DNA from: an uncultured bacterium
GTDB taxonomy: Bacteria; Patescibacteriota; Minisyncoccia; UBA6257; 2-01-FULL-56-20
Length of the DNA: 64,000 nucleotides
Assembly: GCA_963844965.1 (NCBI GenBank)
Contig: CAWJQC010000008.1
Location: 1-64,000 of the forward strand
Direction: 5' to 3'
Positions within the stretch are counted from its first letter, which is position 1; the number at the start of each line of letters is the position of its first letter. The notes under the pieces were generated by a model. That model saw only the letters and a program-made list of their open reading frames with translations, was not told the DNA's origin and searched no databases. Positions 10,457 to 19,019 of the stretch are shown here, piece by piece. The translations under genes were made by a program, and so were the position numbers.

Positions 10457-10487
10457 GCGAACGCGGGATTGCTACATCAGCCGGGTA

Positions 10488-10823
10488 CTACCTCGCAAAA
10501 CTCGCCATTCTCAATTCCCAGGCGCTCAAACCAGTGAACACCTTTCTCCCCGCTCTCGCCTCTCTTTCGAGAAAAACCTCCGTGCCTTCGCGACGGTCCT
10601 TTTGAAACAATGCTGTTTCTTCCTCAAAAATACCGAAGTCGCCGTCTTTCAAATTCGCGTAAGGGCCGCGTTCTTCAACCTTCAGGCGCAACGGCTTGGA
10701 TTTGGTAACTTCGGCGACGTAAGCGCAGGTGCGACAGGTTAACCAACAAACCACAAAATCGCCGACGTTGGTAGTATAAGTTTTCTCGCTCACAATTCCT
10801 CCTTTTGCAACGTCAAATCTCAA
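10488..10823 (-). CDS. Hypothetical small protein with a Cys-cluster (C-x3-C-x2-C).
   Basis: 111-aa ORF with its own terminator. No recognisable family. Confidence 0.4.
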   Translation of the reverse strand: MRFDVAKGGIVSEKTYTTNVGDFVVCWLTCRTCAYVAEVTKSKPLRLKVEERGPYANLKDGDFGIFEEETALFQKDRREGTEVFLEREARAGRKVFTGLSAWELRMASFAR

Positions 10824-10871
10824 GCGTAAATCTATTTCAAATCTAACAGGAAAAATTTACCGAGTCAACCG

Positions 10872-12167
10872 CTACTGCCCCGCTGGTCTCTTTGCCAAGG
10901 TCGCGGTCAAAGTAATTTCTTTCCCGGCGCGGTTGATTTTGAGCGTAATTGTGTCACCGACGCTGTATTTGGAAACAATGTCTCCCAATATATGGTCTTG
11001 ATCAAGATTCTGGCCATCCACCGCCACGATAATGTCTTCCGCCTGGATGCCGGCTTTCGCCGCAGGAGAACCCACGACCACCGCCGGCCCGTCGCTTGAA
11101 CCGCGAATCAAAGCACCGTCCGTAACCGGCAATTTCTGGCTCTTCGCGATATCCGAAGTGATCGTAATATACCTCACGCCGAGATACGGCGCCTGAATTT
11201 CGCCCGTCGTCTTAACTGAAGTAATGTCACGCTTCGCGCGGTTTATGGGAATCGCGAAACCGATGCTATTTGCGCCTTCGGCGATCGCCGTGTTGATGCC
11301 GACAACCTCCCCTTTCAGGTTTAAAAGCGGCCCGCCGGAATTTCCCGGATTGATCGCGGCATCGGTCTGGATCACGCCCTCAATCGTTTCCTCGCCGCCG
11401 CTCAAGCCGCCGCTCGCCGTGACCGTCCGCGAAAGTCCGGAGATTACGCCGACCGAAACCGTGTTCCTGAATTCTCCCAAGGCGTTGCCGATGGCGATAG
11501 CCGTCTGCCCGAGCTCAACGGAATCGGAATCGCCGAGTTCCACGGTCGGGAGATTGGTAGCGTCAATTTTTATCACCGCCAAATCCTGCGTCGGGTCGAC
11601 GGCCAGGATTTTCGCGTCATATTTTTTGCCATCGTTCGTGAAGACCGTGTAAGACGCGGTTTTGTCGCCCGCTACGTGCTTGTTGGTCAGGATCATGCCG
11701 TCGGAAGAAATAATGAAACCGCTGCCGCCGCCGATCTCCTGAAGTTTCGTTTTTCCGGTATTGCACGGCTGCGTCATATCCGGAAATTGGTCGCCGAAAA
11801 ATTGCTGGAACTCCGGAGGCAAGTCGCTGAACGGATTGGACGGACATTGTTCTATAATGGGAACATTTTTTGAAATCGTTATGGAAACGACCGCGGGCGA
11901 CGCTTTTTTCACGGCGTCAACGACGGCCTGCTCATAGTCAATGACCGACTGGTAAAGCGGAGTGTTTGCCTTTGACGATGTGCTGTTCTGCGTCCGCGTG
12001 TTCGCCGCGGGGCCGCCGAAAAGCGGCGCTATATAGTTGTGATAGAAATCGCCAAAGATATTGGCGTGCGCCTGCGGCGCGAATATGAGAACGCCCAAAA
12101 ACAAGCCGGCAACCAAGCTTACCGCCACAATGCCCGCGATTCTTTTGCTACCTTGATCGTGCTCCAT
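10872..12167 (-). CDS. htrA: HtrA/DegP-family periplasmic serine protease with an N-terminal TM anchor and a C-terminal PDZ domain.
   Basis: Trypsin-like motifs TNKHV, D, GNSGGPLLN, plus a PDZ-like C-terminus. Confidence 0.85.
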   Translation of the reverse strand: MEHDQGSKRIAGIVAVSLVAGLFLGVLIFAPQAHANIFGDFYHNYIAPLFGGPAANTRTQNSTSSKANTPLYQSVIDYEQAVVDAVKKASPAVVSITISKNVPIIEQCPSNPFSDLPPEFQQFFGDQFPDMTQPCNTGKTKLQEIGGGSGFIISSDGMILTNKHVAGDKTASYTVFTNDGKKYDAKILAVDPTQDLAVIKIDATNLPTVELGDSDSVELGQTAIAIGNALGEFRNTVSVGVISGLSRTVTASGGLSGGEETIEGVIQTDAAINPGNSGGPLLNLKGEVVGINTAIAEGANSIGFAIPINRAKRDITSVKTTGEIQAPYLGVRYITITSDIAKSQKLPVTDGALIRGSSDGPAVVVGSPAAKAGIQAEDIIVAVDGQNLDQDHILGDIVSKYSVGDTITLKINRAGKEITLTATLAKRPAGQ

Positions 12168-12221
12168 GCGCTCAATTATATTCTAATATACGAACACCGC
12201 GCAAATAAAGTTGCGGCTTAC

Positions 12222-12347
12222 AAAAGAAAAAGCCCCACCTCCCTCGGACCCGTCTCCGCGTATTTTGGATCGGCCATCCGAGGGATAGGTGGGGACACTA
12301 CCCGCCTACGTCTTACTCCGTCTTCATCCAGGTGGTACCAGGTACCA
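12222..12347 (-). ncRNA. Candidate small RNA of about 120 nt. It has no ORF and is framed by a consensus sigma70-type promoter and an intrinsic terminator.
   Basis: On the minus strand, TTGACA-16-TACAAT is followed by a 15-bp stem (ccccacctccctcgg/ccgagggataggtgggg), then CTTTTTCTTTTGT. It lies between the cysteine desulfurase stop and the htrA start. Confidence 0.45.
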
Positions 12348-12353
12348 TATTCC

Positions 12354-12381
12354 ATTGTAGCAGAGGGCAATCGGCTGTCAA
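12354..12381 (-). promoter_or_regulatory. Near-consensus promoter. The -35 TTGACA is at 12376-12381 and the -10 TACAAT at 12354-12359, read on the minus strand.
   Basis: ctcTTGACAgccgattgccctctgcTACAATgg on the minus strand. Confidence 0.5.
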
Positions 12382-12385
12382 GAGC

Positions 12386-13429
12386 CTAATTTTTCAGGCA
12401 ACGCCTCACAATAGCAAGGGCTTTTTTGACTTCCATTTCTGTCGTCGGTCTACCGAAACTGAAACGGATGCTCCGTTTGGCGCGCTCTTCGGAAAATCCG
12501 AGCGCTTCAATCACGTAAGAACCCCCAATTGCCCGCGAGCGGCACGCCGAGCCGGCGGAAACGGCAAGGCCAGCGAGATCAAATTTCATAAGCAAGTCCT
12601 CGGATTTATAGCCAGGGAAGTGAATATTCAGAATGTTTGGCAACCGATCCGAATCTACGAATTTATCCGAATGCCACGAATGTTTCTTTTCAGACAATTC
12701 GGATGAAATTCGGGTTTTTCGGGTCGCGGCACCGTTAATTTCCGCTTTCGGATAAATTTTCCTGAGCTCATGCCAGAAATAATTGCGAAGTCTTGCAATT
12801 CTTCTATTTTCTAATTCGCGCGAATTAGAAAATATAAGTTCGGTGGCTCTGGCAAAACCAATGATTGCCGGTACGTTTTCCGTCCCACTACGCAGTCCGA
12901 ATTCCTGGCCGCCGCCAGTCAAAATTGGTGAAAGGTAATTGGCGACACGCGACATGGAAGATTTCTTTTCCACTTTACCTGTCGCATTTCCCATTCCCCT
13001 AACATAAAGCGCTCCTGCGCCTTTCGGACCGTAGATTTTATGCGAAGACAGGGTCATCATATCAACACCGAGCTTGTTTACATCACAATCCAAAAATTGA
13101 AATGCCTGCGCGGCGTCGGTGTGGAATATGGGGTAGAAACTAGAATTTAGAAAGTAGAAAGTAGAATTTTTACTTCTATTTTCTATTTTCTTTTTTCTAA
13201 ATTCTCGTATGACCTCTGCGATTTCAGAAATAGGTTGAATGACGCCGATTTCGTTGTTGGCATATATAACGGAAACCAGAACCGTGTACCCGTTAAGGGC
13301 GGTTTCCAATTTTTTTAAATCAACAACGCCGCGGCGGTCAACTGGCAGATAAATTACTTCAACGCCGTTTTTCTCCAAATCGTGGGCCGTTTCCAAAACC
13401 GACTCATGCTCCACCGCGGATATTATCAT
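12386..13429 (-). CDS. Cysteine desulfurase (NifS/IscS, class V aminotransferase), C-terminal about 345 aa. It carries an in-frame 23-aa low-complexity insertion.
   Basis: IISAVEHESVLE..ANNEIGVIQPI..HTDAAQ..SSHKIYGPKGAGALYVR..SGTENVP..SAGSAC are all present. The insertion RKKKIENRSKNSTFYFLNSSFYP is encoded by an AT-rich quasi-palindrome at 13141-13200. Confidence 0.85.
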   Translation of the reverse strand: MIISAVEHESVLETAHDLEKNGVEVIYLPVDRRGVVDLKKLETALNGYTVLVSVIYANNEIGVIQPISEIAEVIREFRKKKIENRSKNSTFYFLNSSFYPIFHTDAAQAFQFLDCDVNKLGVDMMTLSSHKIYGPKGAGALYVRGMGNATGKVEKKSSMSRVANYLSPILTGGGQEFGLRSGTENVPAIIGFARATELIFSNSRELENRRIARLRNYFWHELRKIYPKAEINGAATRKTRISSELSEKKHSWHSDKFVDSDRLPNILNIHFPGYKSEDLLMKFDLAGLAVSAGSACRSRAIGGSYVIEALGFSEERAKRSIRFSFGRPTTEMEVKKALAIVRRCLKN

Positions 13430-13469
13430 CCGCGGGTTTCGGGCTGCGGATTGTGAACTCGTTAACTCG

Positions 13470-13742
13470 TTAACTCGCAGTCTCTTTAATTACTCCCCGC
13501 AACGCAATATTATTCGCTTCCGTCGCCGAGCCGGTAAAAATTATTTCCCTAAAATCAGTGCCAATCGCGCGCGCGATCGCCTCGCGCGATTTATCAACCG
13601 CCGCAATCGCTTCCTGACCGAAAGAATGAAGCGAGCCGGGATTACCGAATTTTTCCGCGAAATATGGCCCCATCGCGCGCAAAACACGCGGGTCAACAGG
13701 AGTGGAAGCGGCGTAATCAAGATAAACGCGCTCACATTTCAT
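13470..13742 (-). CDS. Cysteine desulfurase N-terminal 90 aa. It is separated from the remainder by a frame change at an 8-bp tandem repeat.
   Basis: VYLDYAASTPVDPRV..GNPGSLHSFGQEA..IIFTGSATEANNIALRG, then a stop. The repeat gagttaac gagttaac gagttcac sits at 13446-13469. Confidence 0.8.
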   Translation of the reverse strand: MKCERVYLDYAASTPVDPRVLRAMGPYFAEKFGNPGSLHSFGQEAIAAVDKSREAIARAIGTDFREIIFTGSATEANNIALRGVIKETAS

Positions 13743-13808
13743 GATAATTTATCGTCATTATTATAGAAAAATTAAAACGCGCCGAGAAGTATTCCCGACG
13801 CGCCGAAC

Positions 13809-14642
13809 TCAAACCTTTTTGTTTGCCGTCTTATACCACGGTAAACCGTCAACGACTTCCGTTTCGTAATCGCCAAAAATGTTCGGATGGCGAGCTCTCA
13901 TTTTTTCCGCTACCATTCCAAAAACAAGCCGTATTTCTTCTTCTGCTCCGGGCGCGGTGCGCATTTCTATCACGTGGCGAAGCTCCCTCGGATTGACTGA
14001 CCAGCCGATCGAGGTCGCCAAACCATCCGGCGCAATGCGACGCATAGCAGAGGTCAACTTCTTTTTATCTTCAAATTTCGTCATCTTCTCGATTTCAAGC
14101 ATCTCGGCAAGTTCCAGCTGCCATTTTTCCATCATTTCCACTTTCTCAACAATGAATTTCATCAACGCTTCCGATTTCACGTGATTGCGGAACACGCGGG
14201 GTATCCAAAACCTCAGCTTATCCAATCTCACAAACCGCAAACTTTCCTGAGAAATAGCAACGCCAATCCTGTGGCGCACAAGCTCGTGCGTGAAGACGCG
14301 GCTGACATCCATGAAAATCATATTGATAAATGCATGCTCCATCACCGAACCATGCCCGACGTTCAGAAGGTTTTTCAAATATTCGTCGTTATGCTCGCGT
14401 ATCTTTGTGACGTTTGGATTCAGACCTGGCTTGAAACTCCGATAACACAAGCGTCCCATCACCTCCACAATTTCTTCCACATCCGTAGGAGCGTCTGATT
14501 CCCATTCTGGTGCACCGACCTCCTTCAAGTAAAGTTCAAGCTCATCTTCAACGATCCTCGTTTCGCCTATGATAAAAACTTTTGGCTCTACAAGTTCCAT
14601 GGATATATTATACCCCCTCGCTAAAAAATTAACGAACTCCAT
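13809..14642 (-). CDS. thyX: FAD-dependent thymidylate synthase.
   Basis: RHRIGVAISQESLRF is the ThyX RHRxxxxxS motif. An alternative start lies at 14600 (MELVEPK), which has a GGGGG RBS. Confidence 0.75.
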   Translation of the reverse strand: MEFVNFLARGYNISMELVEPKVFIIGETRIVEDELELYLKEVGAPEWESDAPTDVEEIVEVMGRLCYRSFKPGLNPNVTKIREHNDEYLKNLLNVGHGSVMEHAFINMIFMDVSRVFTHELVRHRIGVAISQESLRFVRLDKLRFWIPRVFRNHVKSEALMKFIVEKVEMMEKWQLELAEMLEIEKMTKFEDKKKLTSAMRRIAPDGLATSIGWSVNPRELRHVIEMRTAPGAEEEIRLVFGMVAEKMRARHPNIFGDYETEVVDGLPWYKTANKKV

Positions 14643-14649
14643 AAACAGT

Positions 14650-14694
14650 AAACAAAAATTCGCCGCGGGTCAACTGCGGCGAATTTTTCATTTT
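14650..14694. terminator. Bidirectional intrinsic terminator downstream of groEL.
   Basis: aattcgccgcgggtcaactgcggcgaatt stem flanked by an A-run and a T-run. Confidence 0.65.
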
Positions 14695-14737
14695 GCGCTT
14701 AACACTCTGCGATTGACAATTTGCGCCTTGCCTATCA

Positions 14738-16402
14738 TCAGTACTCGTCTCCCATCCCTCCAGGCATACCGCCGGGCATGGGAAGATTTTTCTTCTCCGG
14801 AATGTTCGTTATCGCCGCGCCGACGGTCAAGTAATTCGCCGCCACCGAAAGCGCGTTCACGAAAGCGGTCTTTACGACTTTTAAGGGGTCAACTATACCA
14901 GCCGCCTTAAGGTTACCGATTTCGTTTGTAATCGCGTTGAAACCAGTCCAATCGGACTCCTCAGATTTAGCCGCCTTTCTCACCCTTAATATTTCCAAAA
15001 TCTTCGGTACGGACTCACCGCTGTTTGCCACAATTGCCGAGACAGGAGCCTCAAGCGCGCGGCGCATGATATCCCAAGCCGCCTTCACAACTGCAACGTT
15101 TTTTTCACCAACTCCGCTGATAGAAAGGCGTACAAGCACATTGAAAAGCGCGATGCCGCCGCCTGCCACAATTCCTTCTTCCATCGCCGCACGGGTAGCC
15201 GCTACCGCGTCTTCAACTCTTTGCTTTAATTCTTTCTGCGCGGCTTCCGTCGGCGCGCCGACTTTGATAACGGCCACACCGCCGGAAAGTTTGCCGAGTC
15301 GTTCCTGAAGTTTCTCTTTGTCAAAATCGGAATCGGTTTTTTTTATCTGCGTCTTGAGCTGGGCAATCCTGTCATCAATGGCTTTCTTTTCTCCTTTGCC
15401 GCCGACAATCGTCGTATTATCTTTGTTGGACACGACGCGGTGCGCGTGGCCCAAATCCGAGACCTCCACGTTCTCCAGTTTTTTTCCCAAATCCTCGGAT
15501 ATAAATTGCGCGCCGGTTACAACGGCGATGTCCTGCAACATCTCCTTGCGCCTGTCGCCGAAACCCGGCGCCTTCACCGCCAAGACGCTGAAAATTCCGC
15601 GGAGTTTGTTCACGACGAGCGTCGCCAATGCCTCGCCTTCCACTTCTTCGGCGATAATTACAAGTTCTTTCTTGCCGCTTTGCACTATTTTTTCCAAAAG
15701 CTGAAGGATATCGGAAATCGCCGAAATTTTCTTATCGGTCACCAAAATATAAGGATCTTCAAGTTCCGCCTCCATCCTCTCCTGGTTCGTAATCATGTAA
15801 GCGGAAACGTATCCGCGGTCAAACTGCATACCTTCCACAAGTTCGTAAGTATTGCCGATGGCGTTGGAATCCTCAATCGTCACAACTCCTTCCTTGCCGA
15901 TCTTTCCCATAACTTCTGCGATAAGGCGACCGATTTCCCCGTCTTTCGCGGCAAGCGTGGCGACTTCCTCAACCTTCTTCGCATCGTTTATAACCTCCTT
16001 TTGTTTTTCAAGGCCGTCAATAACGGCTTTTGAGCCCTTTTTTAGCTCCTCGGCAAGATGAATGACGTTAAATCCTTTCTCGCTGATGGTTTTTTCGCCT
16101 TCGTCAATCATCGCGTGCGCGAGAACGACCGCGGTCGTCGTGCCATCACCAACGTTGTCGTTGGTTTTCTCCGCGGCCTGCTTGATAAATTCCGCGCCGA
16201 GATTTTCCCATTTACCCTCAAGCTCCACTTCCTTGGCGACGGTGACGCCGTCAAACGTTACTTGAGGAGCGCCATAGCCCTTTTCTATAACCACCGCCCG
16301 TCCGCGCGGACCGAGTGTCATCGTAACCGCCTGCGCCAACTTATCAATGCCGTGCTTGATAGCCGCGCGCGCTTCTTCGTTGAATTTGATTTGCTTACTC
16401 AT
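14738..16402 (-). CDS. groL: Chaperonin GroEL (60 kDa).
   Basis: Full-length Cpn60 homology with a GGM-type C-terminal tail ([11 protein letters not shown]). Confidence 0.95.
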   Translation of the reverse strand: MSKQIKFNEEARAAIKHGIDKLAQAVTMTLGPRGRAVVIEKGYGAPQVTFDGVTVAKEVELEGKWENLGAEFIKQAAEKTNDNVGDGTTTAVVLAHAMIDEGEKTISEKGFNVIHLAEELKKGSKAVIDGLEKQKEVINDAKKVEEVATLAAKDGEIGRLIAEVMGKIGKEGVVTIEDSNAIGNTYELVEGMQFDRGYVSAYMITNQERMEAELEDPYILVTDKKISAISDILQLLEKIVQSGKKELVIIAEEVEGEALATLVVNKLRGIFSVLAVKAPGFGDRRKEMLQDIAVVTGAQFISEDLGKKLENVEVSDLGHAHRVVSNKDNTTIVGGKGEKKAIDDRIAQLKTQIKKTDSDFDKEKLQERLGKLSGGVAVIKVGAPTEAAQKELKQRVEDAVAATRAAMEEGIVAGGGIALFNVLVRLSISGVGEKNVAVVKAAWDIMRRALEAPVSAIVANSGESVPKILEILRVRKAAKSEESDWTGFNAITNEIGNLKAAGIVDPLKVVKTAFVNALSVAANYLTVGAAITNIPEKKNLPMPGGMPGGMGDEY

Positions 16403-16414
16403 TTAATTTGTGTA

Positions 16415-16508
16415 GCGATGCTAATATGCGAATAATGCTAATTATACTAATCTACAAATCCACATTATTTCATTCGCATCATTAGTAAAATTAGTATATT
16501 GGCATCGA
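16415..16508. repeat. Imperfect palindromic MITE/REP-like repeat occupying the unusually long (108 bp) groES-groEL spacer.
   Basis: Arms cgatgctaatat...atattggcatcg. The internal atgcgaataatgc pairs with cattcgcatcatt. It is about 80% identical to the element at 18199-18315. Confidence 0.55.
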
Positions 16509-16510
16509 TA

Positions 16511-16801
16511 CTATTCAATAATCGCAAGGATGTCCTCTTCGTCCCCGACGAGATATTTCTTATCGTCAATTTCAATCTCGTCCGGACCATATTTTTTGAA
16601 GAGGACGATGTCGCCGACCTTTACCGACATCGGTTGCAATTCTCCCTTGTCGTTCCGCTTCCCCGGACCGACCGCAAGCACCTTGCCCCTTATGGGCTTT
16701 TCTTTTTCCGCCGAGTCGGGCAAAACAATTCCCGACTTCGTCGTTTTTTCTTCCTCCAGCGGCTCAATAAAAACGTGGTTGGATAATGGTTTGAACTTCA
16801 T
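16511..16801 (-). CDS. groS: Co-chaperonin GroES (10 kDa).
   Basis: 96-aa Cpn10 homology. Confidence 0.95.
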   Translation of the reverse strand: MKFKPLSNHVFIEPLEEEKTTKSGIVLPDSAEKEKPIRGKVLAVGPGKRNDKGELQPMSVKVGDIVLFKKYGPDEIEIDDKKYLVGDEEDILAIIE

Positions 16802-16833
16802 GTGTTAAATTTTGTGTTTGACCTTTGTTTGGC

Positions 16834-16863
16834 ATTTTAGCGCGGCATTGGCAATCGTGTCAA
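16834..16863 (-). promoter_or_regulatory. groES promoter: -35 TTGACA, an 18-nt spacer and -10 TAAAAT. A single GGTCAAA heptad lies downstream.
   Basis: gcTTGACAcgattgccaatgccgcgcTAAAATgccaaacaaaGGTCAAAcac, read on the minus strand. Confidence 0.5.
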
Positions 16864-16920
16864 GCAATTGCTAATTCACAACTTTTCCACACAAAAATGC
16901 GCCTGTCGGAAGCCTAGAAT

Positions 16921-16960
16921 ATCAAAAGCCCGCAATACAATACGCGGGCCTTTGATTTTT
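16921..16960. terminator. Bidirectional intrinsic terminator after trxB.
   Basis: gcccgcaatacaatacgcgggc stem flanked by an A-run and a T-run. Confidence 0.65.
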
Positions 16961-16986
16961 AATCCGCATGAGCACAAAGATTGGTG

Positions 16987-17922
16987 CTACTTCAGATGAT
17001 CGTAAATATTCAGTACTGCTTTTATCGCGTCCCCAACTGAAATATTGTTCTGCCTGTAAGGAAGGTCGGTGACGTCCCCGGCGGCCCAAATTCCTTCGCG
17101 GGAGGTCGCCTGTGTCTTCGGGTCAACAATAATTTCTCCGTGCTTGTTCAGGTGAACCATGTCCTTCACAAAATCCGAGTTCGGAACCAGTCCCACCTCC
17201 ACAAAAACCCCTTCCACTTTCAGCTCTTTAACATTTCCGCTCTTTCTGTCTTTGTACCTGAGGCCGGAAACGAATTCTTTGCCCAAAATTTCCAAGGTTT
17301 CGGCGCTCGTTATGATCTCAGCATTCGCGTTATTCCTAATTCTTTCAAGCGTCACCGCGTCGCCCTTCACGGAATCCATATATTCCAAAACATAGATCTT
17401 GGAGGCGTATGGGAGTAGGTCCGTGACCGCCTCAAGTCCGGCGTTGCCGCCGCCTACGACCGCCACGACTTTGTCTTTGAAGATCGGCGCGTCGCAGGTG
17501 GAACAGTACACCACGCCTTTGCCGTCAAACTCTTTTTCGCCGGGAACGCCGAGCTTTTTCCGGCGGCTCCCCGATGCGATGAGAACATACTTGGTTTCAA
17601 AAACTTTGCCCTTTTCCGTATTTATTTCAAAACCCTCTTTTAATTTTTTCACGCCGACCGCCAAGTCCTTAACAATTTCAATTCTTTCCTGGGCGCGGAG
17701 GTGTTCCTCAAGATTTTTTGCCAACTCAAAACCGGAAATGGATTTCGTACCGATCCAGTTCTGAATTTCCGCGGAAACCAAAGACTGCCCACCGAAGCCA
17801 TTGGTGACAAGAAGTGTTTTGATTTTTTTTCTGGCCGAATAGATTCCGGCGGCAACGCCACCGGGACCGCCGCCGATGATGATTAATTCGTACATTGTTT
17901 TGTGAAATGTAAATTGCGACAT
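16987..17922 (-). CDS. trxB: Thioredoxin-disulfide reductase.
   Basis: GGGPGG FAD site, a CSTCD redox-active disulfide and a GGGNAG NADPH site. Confidence 0.9.
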   Translation of the reverse strand: MSQFTFHKTMYELIIIGGGPGGVAAGIYSARKKIKTLLVTNGFGGQSLVSAEIQNWIGTKSISGFELAKNLEEHLRAQERIEIVKDLAVGVKKLKEGFEINTEKGKVFETKYVLIASGSRRKKLGVPGEKEFDGKGVVYCSTCDAPIFKDKVVAVVGGGNAGLEAVTDLLPYASKIYVLEYMDSVKGDAVTLERIRNNANAEIITSAETLEILGKEFVSGLRYKDRKSGNVKELKVEGVFVEVGLVPNSDFVKDMVHLNKHGEIIVDPKTQATSREGIWAAGDVTDLPYRQNNISVGDAIKAVLNIYDHLK

Positions 17923-17958
17923 GGGAAATGGAAATTCCGTGTCGCTTTTTACATGTCG

Positions 17959-18195
17959 CTATTTCACCCCGAGAAGCGCCGCCAGCGTTTCCTGGTCAAA
18001 ACCGATGACAACGCGGTCGTCAACTTTTATTACCGGCACTCCAAGCTGGTGGGAAACGTCAATCATTTCCTTTCGCGCGGTAAGGTCCGCCAAAACATCG
18101 CGCTCTTCAAAAACCACGTTATTCTTCTTGAAGTACTCCTTCGCCATTTTGCAGTAAACACAGGAGGGGGTTGTGTAGATTTTTACTTTAGGCAT
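17959..18195 (-). CDS. Glutaredoxin/NrdH-like small thiol-disulfide oxidoreductase.
   Basis: 78 aa with a CVYC active site and a Grx fold pattern. Confidence 0.8.
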   Translation of the reverse strand: MPKVKIYTTPSCVYCKMAKEYFKKNNVVFEERDVLADLTARKEMIDVSHQLGVPVIKVDDRVVIGFDQETLAALLGVK

Positions 18196-18198
18196 ACA

Positions 18199-18315
18199 AA
18201 TAGTGCGATACCAATATACTAATGCATGCGCCTGCCTACCGGCAGGCAGGAATGATACTAACCATACAGATTCGTATTATTCGTATCATTAGTACAATCC
18301 GTATATTGGTATCAT
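18199..18315. repeat. MITE/REP-like element. Imperfect terminal inverted repeats (cgataccaatatactaatg / cattagtacaatccgtatattggtatc) flank a GC-rich hairpin core, cctgcctaccggcaggcagg.
   Basis: Terminal inverted repeats at 18206-18224 and 18287-18313; core at 18231-18250. Related copies lie at 16415-16508, 20534-20657, 22590-22692 and 24815-24903. Confidence 0.55.
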
Positions 18316-18570
18316 CACATAACTTTTACTTTTTTATTTGTTCTTCCGGCGACGACACCGGAGCTTTTCCGAAAATTGTCCAAATATTAATCAGAACGAG
18401 AAGCAGGCCAGCTATTACATTCCCCCACTTCATCAGAGTGATACTTGAGAACCCGAGAGACCCAAGGAGAAACCGTGAGCCAGGCACCTATTATAAGCTG
18501 AATCCAGTTGGATGTCATGGTTCCATTATAACACACGCGTCGGGGGCTTAAACCGACGAGCCATAAACGC

Positions 18571-18612
18571 GAATCCCCCGCGCTCCGATTCAAATCGGAG
18601 CGCGGGGGATTC
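18571..18612. repeat. Perfect 42-bp palindrome (a 20-bp stem with a 2-nt centre). An adjacent second hairpin cgtcgg...ccgacg lies at 18535-18555.
   Basis: gaatcccccgcgctccgatt-ca-aatcggagcgcgggggattc. Confidence 0.6.
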
Positions 18613-18658
18613 TGAATTCATACTACATTCTACTTTCTACTTACTACCTACTAATTTG

Positions 18659-18847
18659 CTATCTTCCGAACGATTGCCTGGTCGCCTTGTAGCAATCAAA
18701 GCATTGCAGCTTATCCAGGCGAGCCGGATCGGGCTTGAATCGGAGCATTTCGATTCTGGCACCGCACTTGGAACAAACCCATCCGCCGGTGCAACCATCG
18801 GCATCACCGGCGCGATGCTCGGGACGAGGCTGATTATTAAAGTCCAT
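18659..18847 (-). CDS. Hypothetical small zinc-ribbon protein (CxxC...CxxC).
   Basis: 62-aa ORF containing CSKCGARIEMLRFKPD...LQCFDCY. The RBS is weak, so this call is uncertain. Confidence 0.3.
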   Translation of the reverse strand: MDFNNQPRPEHRAGDADGCTGGWVCSKCGARIEMLRFKPDPARLDKLQCFDCYKATRQSFGR

Positions 18848-18878
18848 AATCTTTGTGTATTATGTTTTTCGCCCTTTG

Positions 18879-18943
18879 CCCCCACACCAAACAGCGAGAG
18901 TGCTACGCATAAAACAACTGATGCTCGCCGTTTGGTGTGGGGG
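18879..18943. repeat. Large GC-rich hairpin with 14-bp perfect arms, extendable to about 23 bp. The plus-strand tail is U-rich.
   Basis: cccccacaccaaac ... gtttggtgtggggg followed by tttatgttt. Confidence 0.5.
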
Positions 18944-19019
18944 TTTATGTTTGCGTGTATAACGCGAACACCGCGAAAATATTATCGCAACATTCGCATA
19001 TATAACTAGTTGTTATTAT

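Noticed and set aside
12222..12347. Assignment of the candidate sRNA to SRP RNA, 6S or another named family
   Set aside because: I could not find the SRP domain IV AGGNCCGGAAGGNAGCA motif or other diagnostic motifs by eye. The call is left as an uncharacterised candidate.
13446..13469. Idea that the 8-bp tandem duplication (gagttaac x2) alone causes the cysteine desulfurase frameshift
   Set aside because: Removing one repeat unit still leaves the TAA stop in frame. The lesion is therefore more complex, or lies a few bases away, so it is reported only as the location of the break.
18571..18612. tRNA-like T-arm (ctccg-attcaaat-cggag) suggesting a tRNA or tmRNA gene
   Set aside because: No acceptor, D or anticodon arms could be assembled around it. 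The motif is part of a 42-bp perfect palindrome rather than a cloverleaf.
18512..19009. 165-aa plus-strand ORF and the 68-aa minus ORF (18387-18593) in the hairpin-rich region
   Set aside because: Both run straight through the perfect palindrome and large hairpins, which appears to be the only reason they stay open. They have no RBS and no domain. Only the small Zn-ribbon ORF was kept, at low confidence.
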